Shown piece by piece: positions 20,842-30,408 of a stretch of 64,000 bases of DNA. Every line of letters starts with the position of its first letter. Position 1 is the first letter of the stretch. The stretch comes from an uncultured Clostridia bacterium (GTDB taxonomy: Bacteria > Bacillota > Clostridia > Christensenellales > Borkfalkiaceae). The DNA lies in assembly GCA_964468815.1 (NCBI GenBank), contig CAYXWN010000004.1:164-64163 (forward strand), in the 5' to 3' direction. A program made the position numbers and the translations under genes. Below the pieces are notes generated by a model. The model worked only from the letters and a program-made list of their open reading frames with translations, ran no database searches and was not told the DNA's origin.

Positions 20842-21774
20842 TTAATCCACGTTCGGACCACACTTGTTCAACACCCATTTGAACAAGAGGGTTACGGGCG
20901 CGGTGATTAACGTAAGAACCAAGCCGAACGCCGCATAATAAGGATAATCCCCGACAGACGTTTCCGGGAGCGCCATTTGACGGTATAAATAATACCCTAC
21001 CGTATAAACGTTGTAATCCCCCGGCGATAAGCCGTAGAAATTAAATATGTTCATTTGGTTGACGAAAATTCCCGCTACGCTCGATACCAAGAATACCGAA
21101 ATCGTCGGAAAAATCATCGGAACGGAAATATAGATAAATTCCTTAAACTGCGAAATTCCGTCCAACGACGCCGCCTCTACGACGGAATCGGAGATTCCGC
21201 TCATAGAGCCGCTGTATATCAACGTCTGCACCCCGAAACCCGTCCACACGGTAAAAAACAATATCGTGCCGAACTTCGTATCGGGATTGGATAAAAGCCC
21301 TCGAATCTCCTTTGAGAACAGCGTTTCCCACAAAGCCGGAATGGCACTTTCCACAAAGTATTTATACACGAGCACCATGGCGATGCTGGAAATAACGAAA
21401 GGCATGAATAAAATCAACTTAAACAGTTTCGAACCGTATTGCTTTTTATAAACGTAGTACGAAAACAGCAACGCAAGCGTACACCCTATAACCGTACTGA
21501 TTGCAAACAGCAATATGGAATTTTTGAACGCCGTGCCCAAAAACTTTTCGCCACCGCCGATATTTGCAAGAACGCTTTGAAAGTTACTAAGCCCCGCCCA
21601 ATCGTACTTACCGTTGAAAAAGTCATACTTCTCGAAAGCAAGCACGAACGAGTTCATGTTAACGCCGATATAAAAAATTGCAAATTGAAGCAAGGGAAAA
21701 GCAAGAATCAAAGAATAAAACAAGATCCTTCCTTTTTCGCCTACCTTCTTATTTTTCTCCGCTTTACGAGCCAT
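20842..21774 (-). CDS. Carbohydrate ABC transporter permease (LplB-like)
   Basis: 310 aa. The EAA loop is VEAASLDGISQFKEFIYISVPM. Confidence 0.9.
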   Translation of the reverse strand: MARKAEKNKKVGEKGRILFYSLILAFPLLQFAIFYIGVNMNSFVLAFEKYDFFNGKYDWAGLSNFQSVLANIGGGEKFLGTAFKNSILLFAISTVIGCTLALLFSYYVYKKQYGSKLFKLILFMPFVISSIAMVLVYKYFVESAIPALWETLFSKEIRGLLSNPDTKFGTILFFTVWTGFGVQTLIYSGSMSGISDSVVEAASLDGISQFKEFIYISVPMIFPTISVFLVSSVAGIFVNQMNIFNFYGLSPGDYNVYTVGYYLYRQMALPETSVGDYPYYAAFGLVLTLITAPVTLLFKWVLNKCGPNVD

Positions 21775-21818
21775 GCGTTATCCTCTCTAAAAGTAATGCC
21801 CTATTCGGTTTCTCTATT

Positions 21819-23498
21819 TTATTTCGCATTGAAATAAACGGAATAAGCATCATTCCAATCATTTTCGGTCGTCCATGCGCCCATGAAATAATCCTTTGCG
21901 CTAACGCCGCGGTTCATGGCGTAATAGGCGTTAAGATAGGGTGTGCCGTTTACCGTCGAGCCCCAAATCAAAGAGCCTTGATCGAACTTGAAGTTTGCTT
22001 GTCCGACCATGAAAATTTTGTTGTCCGAATAGGGATAAATGATATCCGATTCGGCTTTCACATTAAATAAACTCTGTTGATATCTGGGAAGTTGCGCAAG
22101 TTTTTCCTCGGGAACGGTGTAATTAAGCGCCTTGGGAATCCCCGTCGTTACGGAGAAATCGACCAACGCTTCTTCCGTATAGCAATACTGCAAGAACATC
22201 TTCGCCATCTTTACGATTTCGGGTTTATCTTTGATGTTTGCGTTGATAAACGAATAGGAGGAAAGAATCTCTAACAAGGCATTCTTTTTGCCCTCGCCTT
22301 CTTTCACGCTGCCCGAATATTGAGTGGGCAACGGCATCCAAGCAAAGTTCCGATCTTTCGCCTTTTCTTTATAAGTGTTCTCCGAACGTCTGAAAATATC
22401 TTTTGCCTCGTTATACCAATAACTTCCGTCGATCAGCATCGCGATGGGTGCGTCGTTTTCAAGAGAACTGTAAATAAACTCTTCCTGCGCGCCGAGGTGA
22501 GAAAGCACTTCGGTGATTTCCGTAGAATAATACGAGGACGAGGAAAGCAACTTTTCTAAAAAGGCATAGGCGTAATATTTCGACGCTTGACGACTCATCA
22601 TATAGCCGGTTTCGGGCGTAACGTCGATCTTTTCCTCTACGGGGTTTCCTTTTTCGTCAAAGCGATTGATAACGGTCGCCTGCGTACCCGTCTTCGAACT
22701 GTCGAAATTGACGTTCAGTTCAAATTCGTTTTTCCCCGCGCACGCCGCCCAAAGCCCTGCAAGAAGGTCGTTGGTATAGTTCGTAAATTCGCCCGTCCAG
22801 ATAAACGGCACGACCATGGCGACGTTTACCATTCTGTCCATCAACTTATAAAACTCCTCGTACGAAGAAGGCAAACCGTCGTCGGACGTTCCCCTCACGC
22901 CGTCCGGCCCGACCGACTTCTCCGCGTCAATGTCCGTCCAACCGCCGCCGGCCTTAAAGAACAACACGTTTTTATAGAACAAATCCACGTCGTACGTCAA
23001 GCCCGTATACACCTCGTAATGCGGAATGACGTAATATTTTCCGTCCATCGCCGTAATCGCGTCACGTTGCGTTTGACTCATTTTTTCTTCAATCGTTCTA
23101 CTATCCGTAATGCCGGACGTCGCGGAAAAACTGCCGTCTACTACGTCGGAAATATCCAAAAGCAACCCTTGCGAAATAAAGTCGTTATACAATACTTGCT
23201 CGGTAAAAATAACATTATACTTATCCGTTCCCAAGGTAGAAAGATTGCTTTCCCCCGGCGTGACCTCTACGATAACGCCCTTTTTTCCCTCTTCAAACGA
23301 ATAATCCGCATATTCCTCTTGAAACTTAGCCGCAATATTGTCCAACCACTCTCTGCCGACGCCGCCGTCGTAGTTGAATACGTACAGATAGGAAATATCC
23401 GAACGCAATCCCGTTCCGCCGCAAGCCGTCGCGGACAACACCATTCCGAGCGCCATTCCGATTGCCAAGATAAGGCTTAATGCCGATTTCTTTTTCAT
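21819..23498 (-). CDS. Extracellular solute-binding lipoprotein (large LplA-type SBP)
   Basis: About 559 aa from the ATG at 23498, preceded by GGAAGGAGA. Lipobox SATAC. Confidence 0.85.
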   Translation of the reverse strand: MKKKSALSLILAIGMALGMVLSATACGGTGLRSDISYLYVFNYDGGVGREWLDNIAAKFQEEYADYSFEEGKKGVIVEVTPGESNLSTLGTDKYNVIFTEQVLYNDFISQGLLLDISDVVDGSFSATSGITDSRTIEEKMSQTQRDAITAMDGKYYVIPHYEVYTGLTYDVDLFYKNVLFFKAGGGWTDIDAEKSVGPDGVRGTSDDGLPSSYEEFYKLMDRMVNVAMVVPFIWTGEFTNYTNDLLAGLWAACAGKNEFELNVNFDSSKTGTQATVINRFDEKGNPVEEKIDVTPETGYMMSRQASKYYAYAFLEKLLSSSSYYSTEITEVLSHLGAQEEFIYSSLENDAPIAMLIDGSYWYNEAKDIFRRSENTYKEKAKDRNFAWMPLPTQYSGSVKEGEGKKNALLEILSSYSFINANIKDKPEIVKMAKMFLQYCYTEEALVDFSVTTGIPKALNYTVPEEKLAQLPRYQQSLFNVKAESDIIYPYSDNKIFMVGQANFKFDQGSLIWGSTVNGTPYLNAYYAMNRGVSAKDYFMGAWTTENDWNDAYSVYFNAK

Positions 23499-23555
23499 AA
23501 TTTTTCTCCTTCCGTTTTTTATTTTCGTCACCCGTTCTCACACGCCCGAAGTTGT

Positions 23556-24785
23556 TTACTCGGCTGTGTTTGCAGGGTTCTTCAAAAAGTTTTTACTGTA
23601 AATATACAAGCCTGCCGTCCACCCCATCATCGGCGGCGTATCGTATTCGTTATTCACCGCAGGCGTTCCGTCGATCGCATTGTACTTTTCCCACAAATGC
23701 CCCGTTTTTTCCAGACATTCGTCCACCATCGTCCTGTAAGACGACGCGATTTCCGCCGCCTTTTCCGTCATTCCGACGTTCACAAGCGCATTCAAAACAA
23801 AGTATACCATCGGCGGCCACATATTCGGATAGTCCCATTGATACTCCCCGGTGTGATTCGCACGCTTTTCACAGGTCAAAACACCGTATTTTGCTTGCAG
23901 CCGATCCATAATGAGTGACAAACTTTCCCGATCGTCCGCAATACCTAACGCATAAGGCAATACGGAAGCAACGCTTAACACCTCCGACCGCGCCTCGGTA
24001 ACGTAATTGTAATCGAGGTAAATTCCGTTTTCGCCGCGCATATATTTCTGCATTGCCGCTTTGCGCGTTGCCGCCGCCTCTTCAAAAATTACGCGATTCT
24101 TTTCTTCACCCAACAACTGCGAAAAATATGCGATCTTCTTTTCTACGTCGTATAAAATGCTATTCAAATCTACCGCCGCAAAATCGGCGCACGCAAACTC
24201 GCTGTAATCGGTTTTATAGCGCGGATTAAAGTCCCAACCGCTTTCCGCAATGGCAAGCAGGTGCTTTCCTTCCGAAACTTCGTCTACCCCTTCTTGCACC
24301 GGTCTTTGCAACCGCCCTTCTAAAACGCCTCGGTAAAAATTCCGACAATCATCACCCTCTAATTCGCTGTAATAACGATTCAATCCGATCGGCGTCGCTC
24401 GCTTCGTCTGCCAAAAATTGTACTCAATTAGCATAAAGGGATAACATTCTTTCACTTCTTCCACGTCGCCCGTAGATTGATAATAGTCGTATACACCGCG
24501 CGTGAAAAGGGGCGGCTGACTGCGATCGAGAAGATGGTCGGCATTGGGAACAAAACCATACTTTTTCACAAAGAAACGCATTACGTCCAAATTATTCTTC
24601 GCCTGCTCGGGATTGATTTCCAACAGTCCTAAATTGGTAAAATACGTGTCCCAATAATAGAAATTTATAAATCCCTCTCCGATACAAGGCACGGTATAGG
24701 GCTTCTCTATGAATTCTCCCCTTTTAATTGCCAACGGCATATTCTCTACGATATACGCCAACGTGTCTTTCTCTTTCCGTTCCAT
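23556..24785 (-). CDS. GH37-like (trehalase-family) glycoside hydrolase, cytoplasmic
   Basis: Trehalase signatures FYYWDTYF and QWDYPNMWPP are present. No signal peptide. About 409 aa from the ATG at 24785, which is short for a canonical trehalase. Confidence 0.8.
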   Translation of the reverse strand: MERKEKDTLAYIVENMPLAIKRGEFIEKPYTVPCIGEGFINFYYWDTYFTNLGLLEINPEQAKNNLDVMRFFVKKYGFVPNADHLLDRSQPPLFTRGVYDYYQSTGDVEEVKECYPFMLIEYNFWQTKRATPIGLNRYYSELEGDDCRNFYRGVLEGRLQRPVQEGVDEVSEGKHLLAIAESGWDFNPRYKTDYSEFACADFAAVDLNSILYDVEKKIAYFSQLLGEEKNRVIFEEAAATRKAAMQKYMRGENGIYLDYNYVTEARSEVLSVASVLPYALGIADDRESLSLIMDRLQAKYGVLTCEKRANHTGEYQWDYPNMWPPMVYFVLNALVNVGMTEKAAEIASSYRTMVDECLEKTGHLWEKYNAIDGTPAVNNEYDTPPMMGWTAGLYIYSKNFLKNPANTAE

Positions 24786-24921
24786 TTTTTCTCCATTGTT
24801 ACACAACTTTCATTTTTTTGATAGTTTCATCATATTTTATGATAATTTTATTATAACGCAAAAAGATTTCACTTTCTACCACTATGAAAGCAAAATATTG
24901 TACTATATAATCATTTTTGCT

Positions 24922-24951
24922 TTGACATCGTAAGAAAAAATATGTTATGAT
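24922..24951 (+). promoter_or_regulatory. Promoter of the AraC-family gene
   Basis: TTGACA (24922-24927), an 18-nt spacer and an extended -10, TGtTATGAT (24943-24951). Confidence 0.5.
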
Positions 24952-24973
24952 ACTAACGACGGAGGGAATTGTT

Positions 24974-25816
24974 ATGAATATTGTTATGGTAACGGAAGAC
25001 GAAGGTTTTAACAGAAAAGCGGAATGCGGCTATCGCTATTTGGACAGCGAGCAAGAATCCGTACAACCGCACACGCATGCGTTTTACGAAATCTTTTTAA
25101 TCACGTCAGGAACGGCAAAGCACTGCGTCAACGGCGTCAATCAAACGCTGCGAGAAGGAACGTTAATGTTTATTCGTGCAGAGGACGTTCATTATTTCAT
25201 AAAAACAACGCAACCGTACCGTTGGATCAACGTCAACTTTTCAAAAAACACCCTTTCTGCGTTGCTGAATTACATTAGTATCCCCGATTTTTCGCAAACA
25301 ATGCTCTCCCCCGCACTGCCGCCTTACGTGGAACTTTCCGGCAACCAAAAACAGCGGTGCGTTAAAAATTTATCCAAGTTAAATTACGTAAATTGGAAAA
25401 ACGATAACGATTTAAAATTGGAAACAAGAAGACAACTCTTCGATTTATTCGTCACGTATTTCTTAAAAAAAGAAGAAGAATATAACAAATACCCCGAATG
25501 GTTTGAGCATTTGTGCTATCAAATGAAGAAATTTGAAAATTTTTCGGTCGGGGCGGAACGCATATACGAACTTTGCCCCAAAAGCAAATCACATTTAATT
25601 AAGTGTATGAAAAAATACTTAAACACTACCGTTTCGGAATTTATCAATAAACAACGGCTTTCTTACGCAGCGAACATGTTGATCAACAGCAGTTTACCGA
25701 TCATCGATATTATTTTAGACAGCGGCTTTGATAATCTCAATTATTTTTACAAACTTTTTAAGAAAGAAAACAACATGTCCCCGAAAAAATTCAGGAACAC
25801 GTACAGCCACATTTAA
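24974..25816 (+). CDS. AraC-family transcriptional regulator (cupin-like sensor + HTH)
   Basis: The N-terminus (HTHAFYEIFLITSG) is cupin-like. The C-terminal double HTH ends ...YFYKLFKKENNMSPKKFR. Start taken at the ATG at 24974, after GGAGGG. Divergent from the 24785 operon. Confidence 0.85.
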   Translation: MNIVMVTEDEGFNRKAECGYRYLDSEQESVQPHTHAFYEIFLITSGTAKHCVNGVNQTLREGTLMFIRAEDVHYFIKTTQPYRWINVNFSKNTLSALLNYISIPDFSQTMLSPALPPYVELSGNQKQRCVKNLSKLNYVNWKNDNDLKLETRRQLFDLFVTYFLKKEEEYNKYPEWFEHLCYQMKKFENFSVGAERIYELCPKSKSHLIKCMKKYLNTTVSEFINKQRLSYAANMLINSSLPIIDIILDSGFDNLNYFYKLFKKENNMSPKKFRNTYSHI

Positions 25817-25875
25817 ATAATTATCTTCGATTTTATATTCTTTATCGCAACAAATCGCTTCTCGATTTTTCTAGC

Positions 25876-25911
25876 AAAAAACGCATCGTAATGAAGCTAC
25901 GATGCGTTTTT
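25876..25911. terminator. Bidirectional terminator
   Basis: AAAAACGCATCGTA-atgaagc-TACGATGCGTTTTT. Confidence 0.8.
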
Positions 25912-25926
25912 AAGGGGAATATTATT

Positions 25927-27228
25927 CTAAACGATTAATGCCAACACGCAAAGATTGACCGCCAGCGACGGAATCGAAACCGCCGCACCATATTTTACAA
26001 AGTCAAAATAAGAAAATTTCACTTGATGCTCTTTCAGCATCGACGACCACATAATCCCGGCAAGCGCGCCGATCGGCGTTAAACAAGCACCCAAATTAGA
26101 ACCGACAATCGTCGCATAGATCGCTTGCATTTGCGTCGTTCCCGTAAGCGGCGCAATAACGGGACAAAAGAATACACTCATGGGAATATTGTTGATGACG
26201 TTCGCGGACAAAAACGAAAGAACTCCGTATTTCAACACAACGTTATCGCTGCCCAACACATTGGAAATTGCCTCCGTAACGCCGACGCTTTGCAACGAAA
26301 GAATAATCGTAAACATAGACAATACGAAAGGAACTAACTGCCACGGTGCGCGCTTTAAGGTACGCCCCACTTCGATCGGCTTTTGTCTTTTAAACAAACA
26401 AATGCAAAGAATGATCAAAACAAGACTCAATGCGGCAATCAATGAAACCAACCACATTTCAAGCCCTATATACGAACCGATTGCAAGCACGATGGTACAT
26501 ATTGCAAGATGAATTACGCCGATAACGAGATACGCCTTATTCTTGATCGGAACAAGTTCGCACGTTCCCTCCGCAGGCTTTTTTAATTCCTTGCGGAAGA
26601 TCAAATACAATACGAAAAAAGACACGATCGTCGATGCCAGCGACGGCAAAAACATGACCTTAAAATATTCCAAAAAACCAACCCCGTAAGAAGTCGCTAT
26701 GTAAATATTGGTAGGATTTCCGATAATAAACGTCATGCTCATCGTATTCGCCGCGACAAACTCTACGATCAAATACGGCAACGCGCTTATCTTTGCGTTT
26801 TTTGCAAAATAACAGATAAACGGCGTAAACGTCAATACGATAATATCGTTTGAAGTAAATACCGTAAGCACGGATACGATAACGTACAACCAAACAAACA
26901 ACTTCATTTGGCTGTTTTTTGCAAGGTTCAACGTTCTACTCGCAAGGTAACTAAAAAAGCCGACCTCGTCTAAAAATACGGATAAAATCGTCATCGTAAT
27001 GAATAAGACGAGGATTTTTATCGGGTTGATAGACGAATCCTTTACGAGTTCGGCGCACAAATACTGAAAATCTACGCCGCCGGAGGCAATCATTACGATC
27101 GCCCCGATCAAAACAATTACCCAATACGAATCGATTTTTAACTTTTTAATCTTTATCTGCGGAAAAAACAACACGCCTAAAATCATGCACAAGCAAGTAA
27201 GTCCGCCGATTGTCAGTGATAATGCCAT
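25927..27228 (-). CDS. ArsB/NhaD-superfamily anion permease (YbiR/citrate-transporter-like)
   Basis: 433 aa with about 11-12 TM helices and an internal repeat architecture typical of the ArsB/NhaD superfamily. Substrate unknown. Confidence 0.7.
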   Translation of the reverse strand: MALSLTIGGLTCLCMILGVLFFPQIKIKKLKIDSYWVIVLIGAIVMIASGGVDFQYLCAELVKDSSINPIKILVLFITMTILSVFLDEVGFFSYLASRTLNLAKNSQMKLFVWLYVIVSVLTVFTSNDIIVLTFTPFICYFAKNAKISALPYLIVEFVAANTMSMTFIIGNPTNIYIATSYGVGFLEYFKVMFLPSLASTIVSFFVLYLIFRKELKKPAEGTCELVPIKNKAYLVIGVIHLAICTIVLAIGSYIGLEMWLVSLIAALSLVLIILCICLFKRQKPIEVGRTLKRAPWQLVPFVLSMFTIILSLQSVGVTEAISNVLGSDNVVLKYGVLSFLSANVINNIPMSVFFCPVIAPLTGTTQMQAIYATIVGSNLGACLTPIGALAGIMWSSMLKEHQVKFSYFDFVKYGAAVSIPSLAVNLCVLALIV

Positions 27229-27381
27229 TTACTGTTCCCTTTTGTTCACGGCTAAACACATGAATATGAAAAAACTTTTCTATTTTTATTGCTTTCAGTC
27301 CATAAAAATTTGTTTAAATCTAATTAATGGTAACACAAAAAATCCCACATGTCAATAACAAAACGCCGCTTAATACAAATT

Positions 27382-27585
27382 TTATAATTGGATATAGTTT
27401 CTAAAATTCAGCGTTCCGAATCCGAACGCATTTTCGCCGATCGCTTGATGCGTGCGTAAGCCGGAAATAAAACACCAAAAAATAAGATATACGTAGGTAA
27501 AAGCAAATACGGCAAAGACGCAAAACACGATCAAACGGACGATCGTTTCACTCGGCGTTCTTCTTGCAAACAGTTTATTTTTCAT
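27382..27585 (-). pseudogene. 5' remnant (67 codons) of a carbohydrate ABC permease
   Basis: The product (MKNKLFARRTPSETIVRLIVF...FISGLRTHQAIGENAFGF) aligns to the first ~65 aa of the LplC-like permease at 19942-20829. It then stops, and no downstream frame continues it. Confidence 0.6.
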
Positions 27586-27594
27586 CGGTACACC

Positions 27595-28547
27595 TCAATA
27601 CTGTATTTCTTCTACACGACTATTCAATACCTTTCGTACCAAAACAGCCAACACGCAGGAAATCGCCGTCAAAATCAACCCCAAAGCGGACGCTTGATAC
27701 AAGTAATCGTTGCTTAACGGGTTATTTGCCTGTTGCACCCTCATATACAGCCAATTGGAAACGGTTTGCGTTCCGTTCAAGCCGCCCGTCAGCAAGAACA
27801 CGTTTCCCGTTGCCGCGAAAATTCCGGCGATGGACGTCGTGATCGTCAAAACGAACGTCGGCCACACCAACGGCAATATGATTTGAACCAATTCTCTAAC
27901 CCAATTCACGCCGTCTATCCGCGCCGATTCGATGACCGAATCGGGAATACGGGAAAACGTGCCGCCCACACGATCAAATTTCCCGGAAACGCCAGCCAGA
28001 TCAAATTCAACAACACCATGCTATTGGCAAAATCCGGGTTTTCCAACGGATTCTGCACGATCCCCTCCGTCCCCGTTATTTGATATAAGATTTCGGGAAA
28101 AAAACTGCTGGTCGGCGACATCAACTCTTGAAAGAAAAAACTTACGACGACCGGGGAAATAATCGTCGGCAAATAGAAAATAACCCGCCAAGCTTTATAG
28201 CCCCATATCTTTTTATAAATAAAGTAAGAAACCATCAACCCGATCGGATACATGATCATTTGCACCAAAAAGGTTTTCATCGTATTCCCGAACGCCACTC
28301 TTAAATCCCATTCGGGGAAAGCAGATCCGTTCTTCAATAACTTAAAGATATATTCAAAGTTATCCAGCGTAAATACCAACCCCGTTTGCGCGTCGTTCGG
28401 CTTTTGAAACGCCATGACGAACGAATCCAAATTGACGTAAACGTAAAAGAGCAGGAAAAACGCAACCGGGATAATCGTAAAGGACAAAATAAACAATGCC
28501 CTCATTGTCTTTCTTCCGACCGTTTCTCTTTTCAGAACTTTTTTCAT
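27595..28547 (-). pseudogene. LplB-like carbohydrate ABC permease interrupted by a 1-nt frameshift
   Basis: The N-terminal 210-aa ORF (27915-28547) and the C-terminal 124-aa ORF (27595-27969) overlap. Together they rebuild one permease, including the EAA loop IESARIDGVNWVRELVQIILPL. The shift maps to a C3/G3 run at 27965-27967. Confidence 0.75.
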
Positions 28548-28667
28548 ATCGATCCCCTCGTTACGATGCGGAAACGGTAATCGTCAAGCCTTTTACTTCG
28601 GCATTTACGTAACACCGCATCGCAAAATATCCGTCAACGCCGAAAGAATCATTCTTCGGCAATTGAT

Positions 28668-30005
28668 TCAAGTCAATTTCCACCGTCGTAGTCTCTGGGA
28701 AAACGCCGCCGATGTTCGCCGCGGAACATTGGGAATCGTGAATTGAATCGCCGCTTGTTCCCGATCTACCGTGCCGATCGTCAAAATCAATTTTGTTTTC
28801 CCCTCCGCCTTATACTTTGCAATCAGATCGGACGAAAAACACGGATGGTGAAACCCGACCATAGCCGTATCTTGATTCGGCGTAAAAGTCCAAGTATTCC
28901 TCTCCCGATCATAAGAAACGTTCATATTATCGCAGAAAAACCAACTTTCTTTTTTGGATTCGTCAAACGCCTTTACGCCGGTTACCGAAAATTTGAATCC
29001 GTCCGTTGCGTCTTTGTCGACGTCCATCGCCCAACCGCGCGTGTGATAATACATCGTGATATCCACACCATCCGTTTTCATCTCTTCCGTAAGTGCGATA
29101 GAAAACTGAAATCCGATATTGCTCTCGTTATTCACTCCGTTAAATTGAGCGTTAAACGCGGTTTCTTGATTTTCCTTTTTATCAAATGCGACTGTGATTT
29201 TATTGCAACCGTTTTCGACGAAATTGCGAACGGCTTCCGCTTCGATATGCAAAATTTTGCCGTCCGTTTCGCTGTTGACGGTATACGTTCCGCCCTCGTA
29301 CTCCACTGCGTCAAGACTGCCGCCGTAAGTCACCCAAACAGCCTCTTTCCCAACGCCGCAATTCTTACAGGCGTTGCCCGATGAAAAATCATGGCTTAAT
29401 TTATTCGCCGTCTTTTCGATTAACCGATCGCCGCAATTGCCGCAAATTCTTACCGTATAACCGATATGCGAACAATTTTCCTCTACCGACTCAACGATTT
29501 CGCCGTAAACGTGCCCTGTCTTTACCTGCCAATCCGCGTGATAACGCTCGTGGCAAACCTTGCACTCGTACTCGGTATAGCTGTCCGCCAAACATTCGAC
29601 GGCATGAACCGTCCCCGTTCCGTTCGGGGTATGCCCTTTCGCTTCGGTATAAATCGCGTAATTTTCACCGCACTCCAAGCAAGCGTAAACTCGATAGCCT
29701 TGATGCGTGCAATCCCCCTCGGATTCGTCCAACAACTCGACCTCGGCGTGCGGAAGTTTTGCGAGTATTTCTCGCTTCGTCTTTCCGCATTTCTTGCAGA
29801 CGAACTTTTTTTCTCCGATTCTCGAACACGTCGGAAGGATCGAATATTCCGTATCTTCTTTAAAGTCGTGTCCGCACTTCTCTTTGACGATTTCGTCATC
29901 CGGTACGGGATCTTTTTTCGGCTCGGTATTCTCGTTACACGCGCCCAGGCAAGCAATTGCGCAAAATGCAAGGATAACGATCCATACTTTCATCAATCGG
30001 CTCAT
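28668..30005 (-). CDS. Exported lipoprotein with four C-x9-C-x2-C-x12/13-H repeats; 3' end probably frameshifted (true end likely 28561)
   Basis: 445-aa track ORF with lipobox CLGAC. See the findings for the repeat structure and for the protein-like alternative frame from 28740 to 28561. Confidence 0.75.
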   Translation of the reverse strand: MSRLMKVWIVILAFCAIACLGACNENTEPKKDPVPDDEIVKEKCGHDFKEDTEYSILPTCSRIGEKKFVCKKCGKTKREILAKLPHAEVELLDESEGDCTHQGYRVYACLECGENYAIYTEAKGHTPNGTGTVHAVECLADSYTEYECKVCHERYHADWQVKTGHVYGEIVESVEENCSHIGYTVRICGNCGDRLIEKTANKLSHDFSSGNACKNCGVGKEAVWVTYGGSLDAVEYEGGTYTVNSETDGKILHIEAEAVRNFVENGCNKITVAFDKKENQETAFNAQFNGVNNESNIGFQFSIALTEEMKTDGVDITMYYHTRGWAMDVDKDATDGFKFSVTGVKAFDESKKESWFFCDNMNVSYDRERNTWTFTPNQDTAMVGFHHPCFSSDLIAKYKAEGKTKLILTIGTVDREQAAIQFTIPNVPRRTSAAFSQRLRRWKLT

Positions 30006-30408
30006 CTTAACTCCTTTTTATCGTATTATTTCTTCTTATACGCGGCGACGAACGCCGCCGAAAGCGACTTTTTCACGCTTATCATATATCGTTTAACAGT
30101 CTACCTTTATTTTAACGCTACTTCCGCATAAAAACAATCCACACGAAAAATCAAAAATTGCTCTATATAAACTTTTTGAAATTATTTTTCCATTTTTAGG
30201 AAAAAATACTGACCGCTATAAACAAATACGGACTTAAAACCGTTAAAAAAATAAAAATATTTTTCTCAAAAAAAAGCCGACTTTCGGGCAAATTCGTCCG
30301 AAGCCGGTCTTTCCTTTCTCAAATTTTTTACTCTCTCGCTTTCGCGCCGTTTTCCGTTACGTAAAGGGGGTGTAACGATTCACTATCCCCGTTCAAACAT
30401 GAATCCTT

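Noticed and set aside
30290-30330. Possible terminator downstream of the 414-aa glycosidase (GACCGGCTTCGG...CCGAAAGTCGGC followed by T8 in minus sense).
   Set aside because: The two arms pair over only about 5 bp when checked base by base. Only the T-run is convincing, so it is not reported as a feature.
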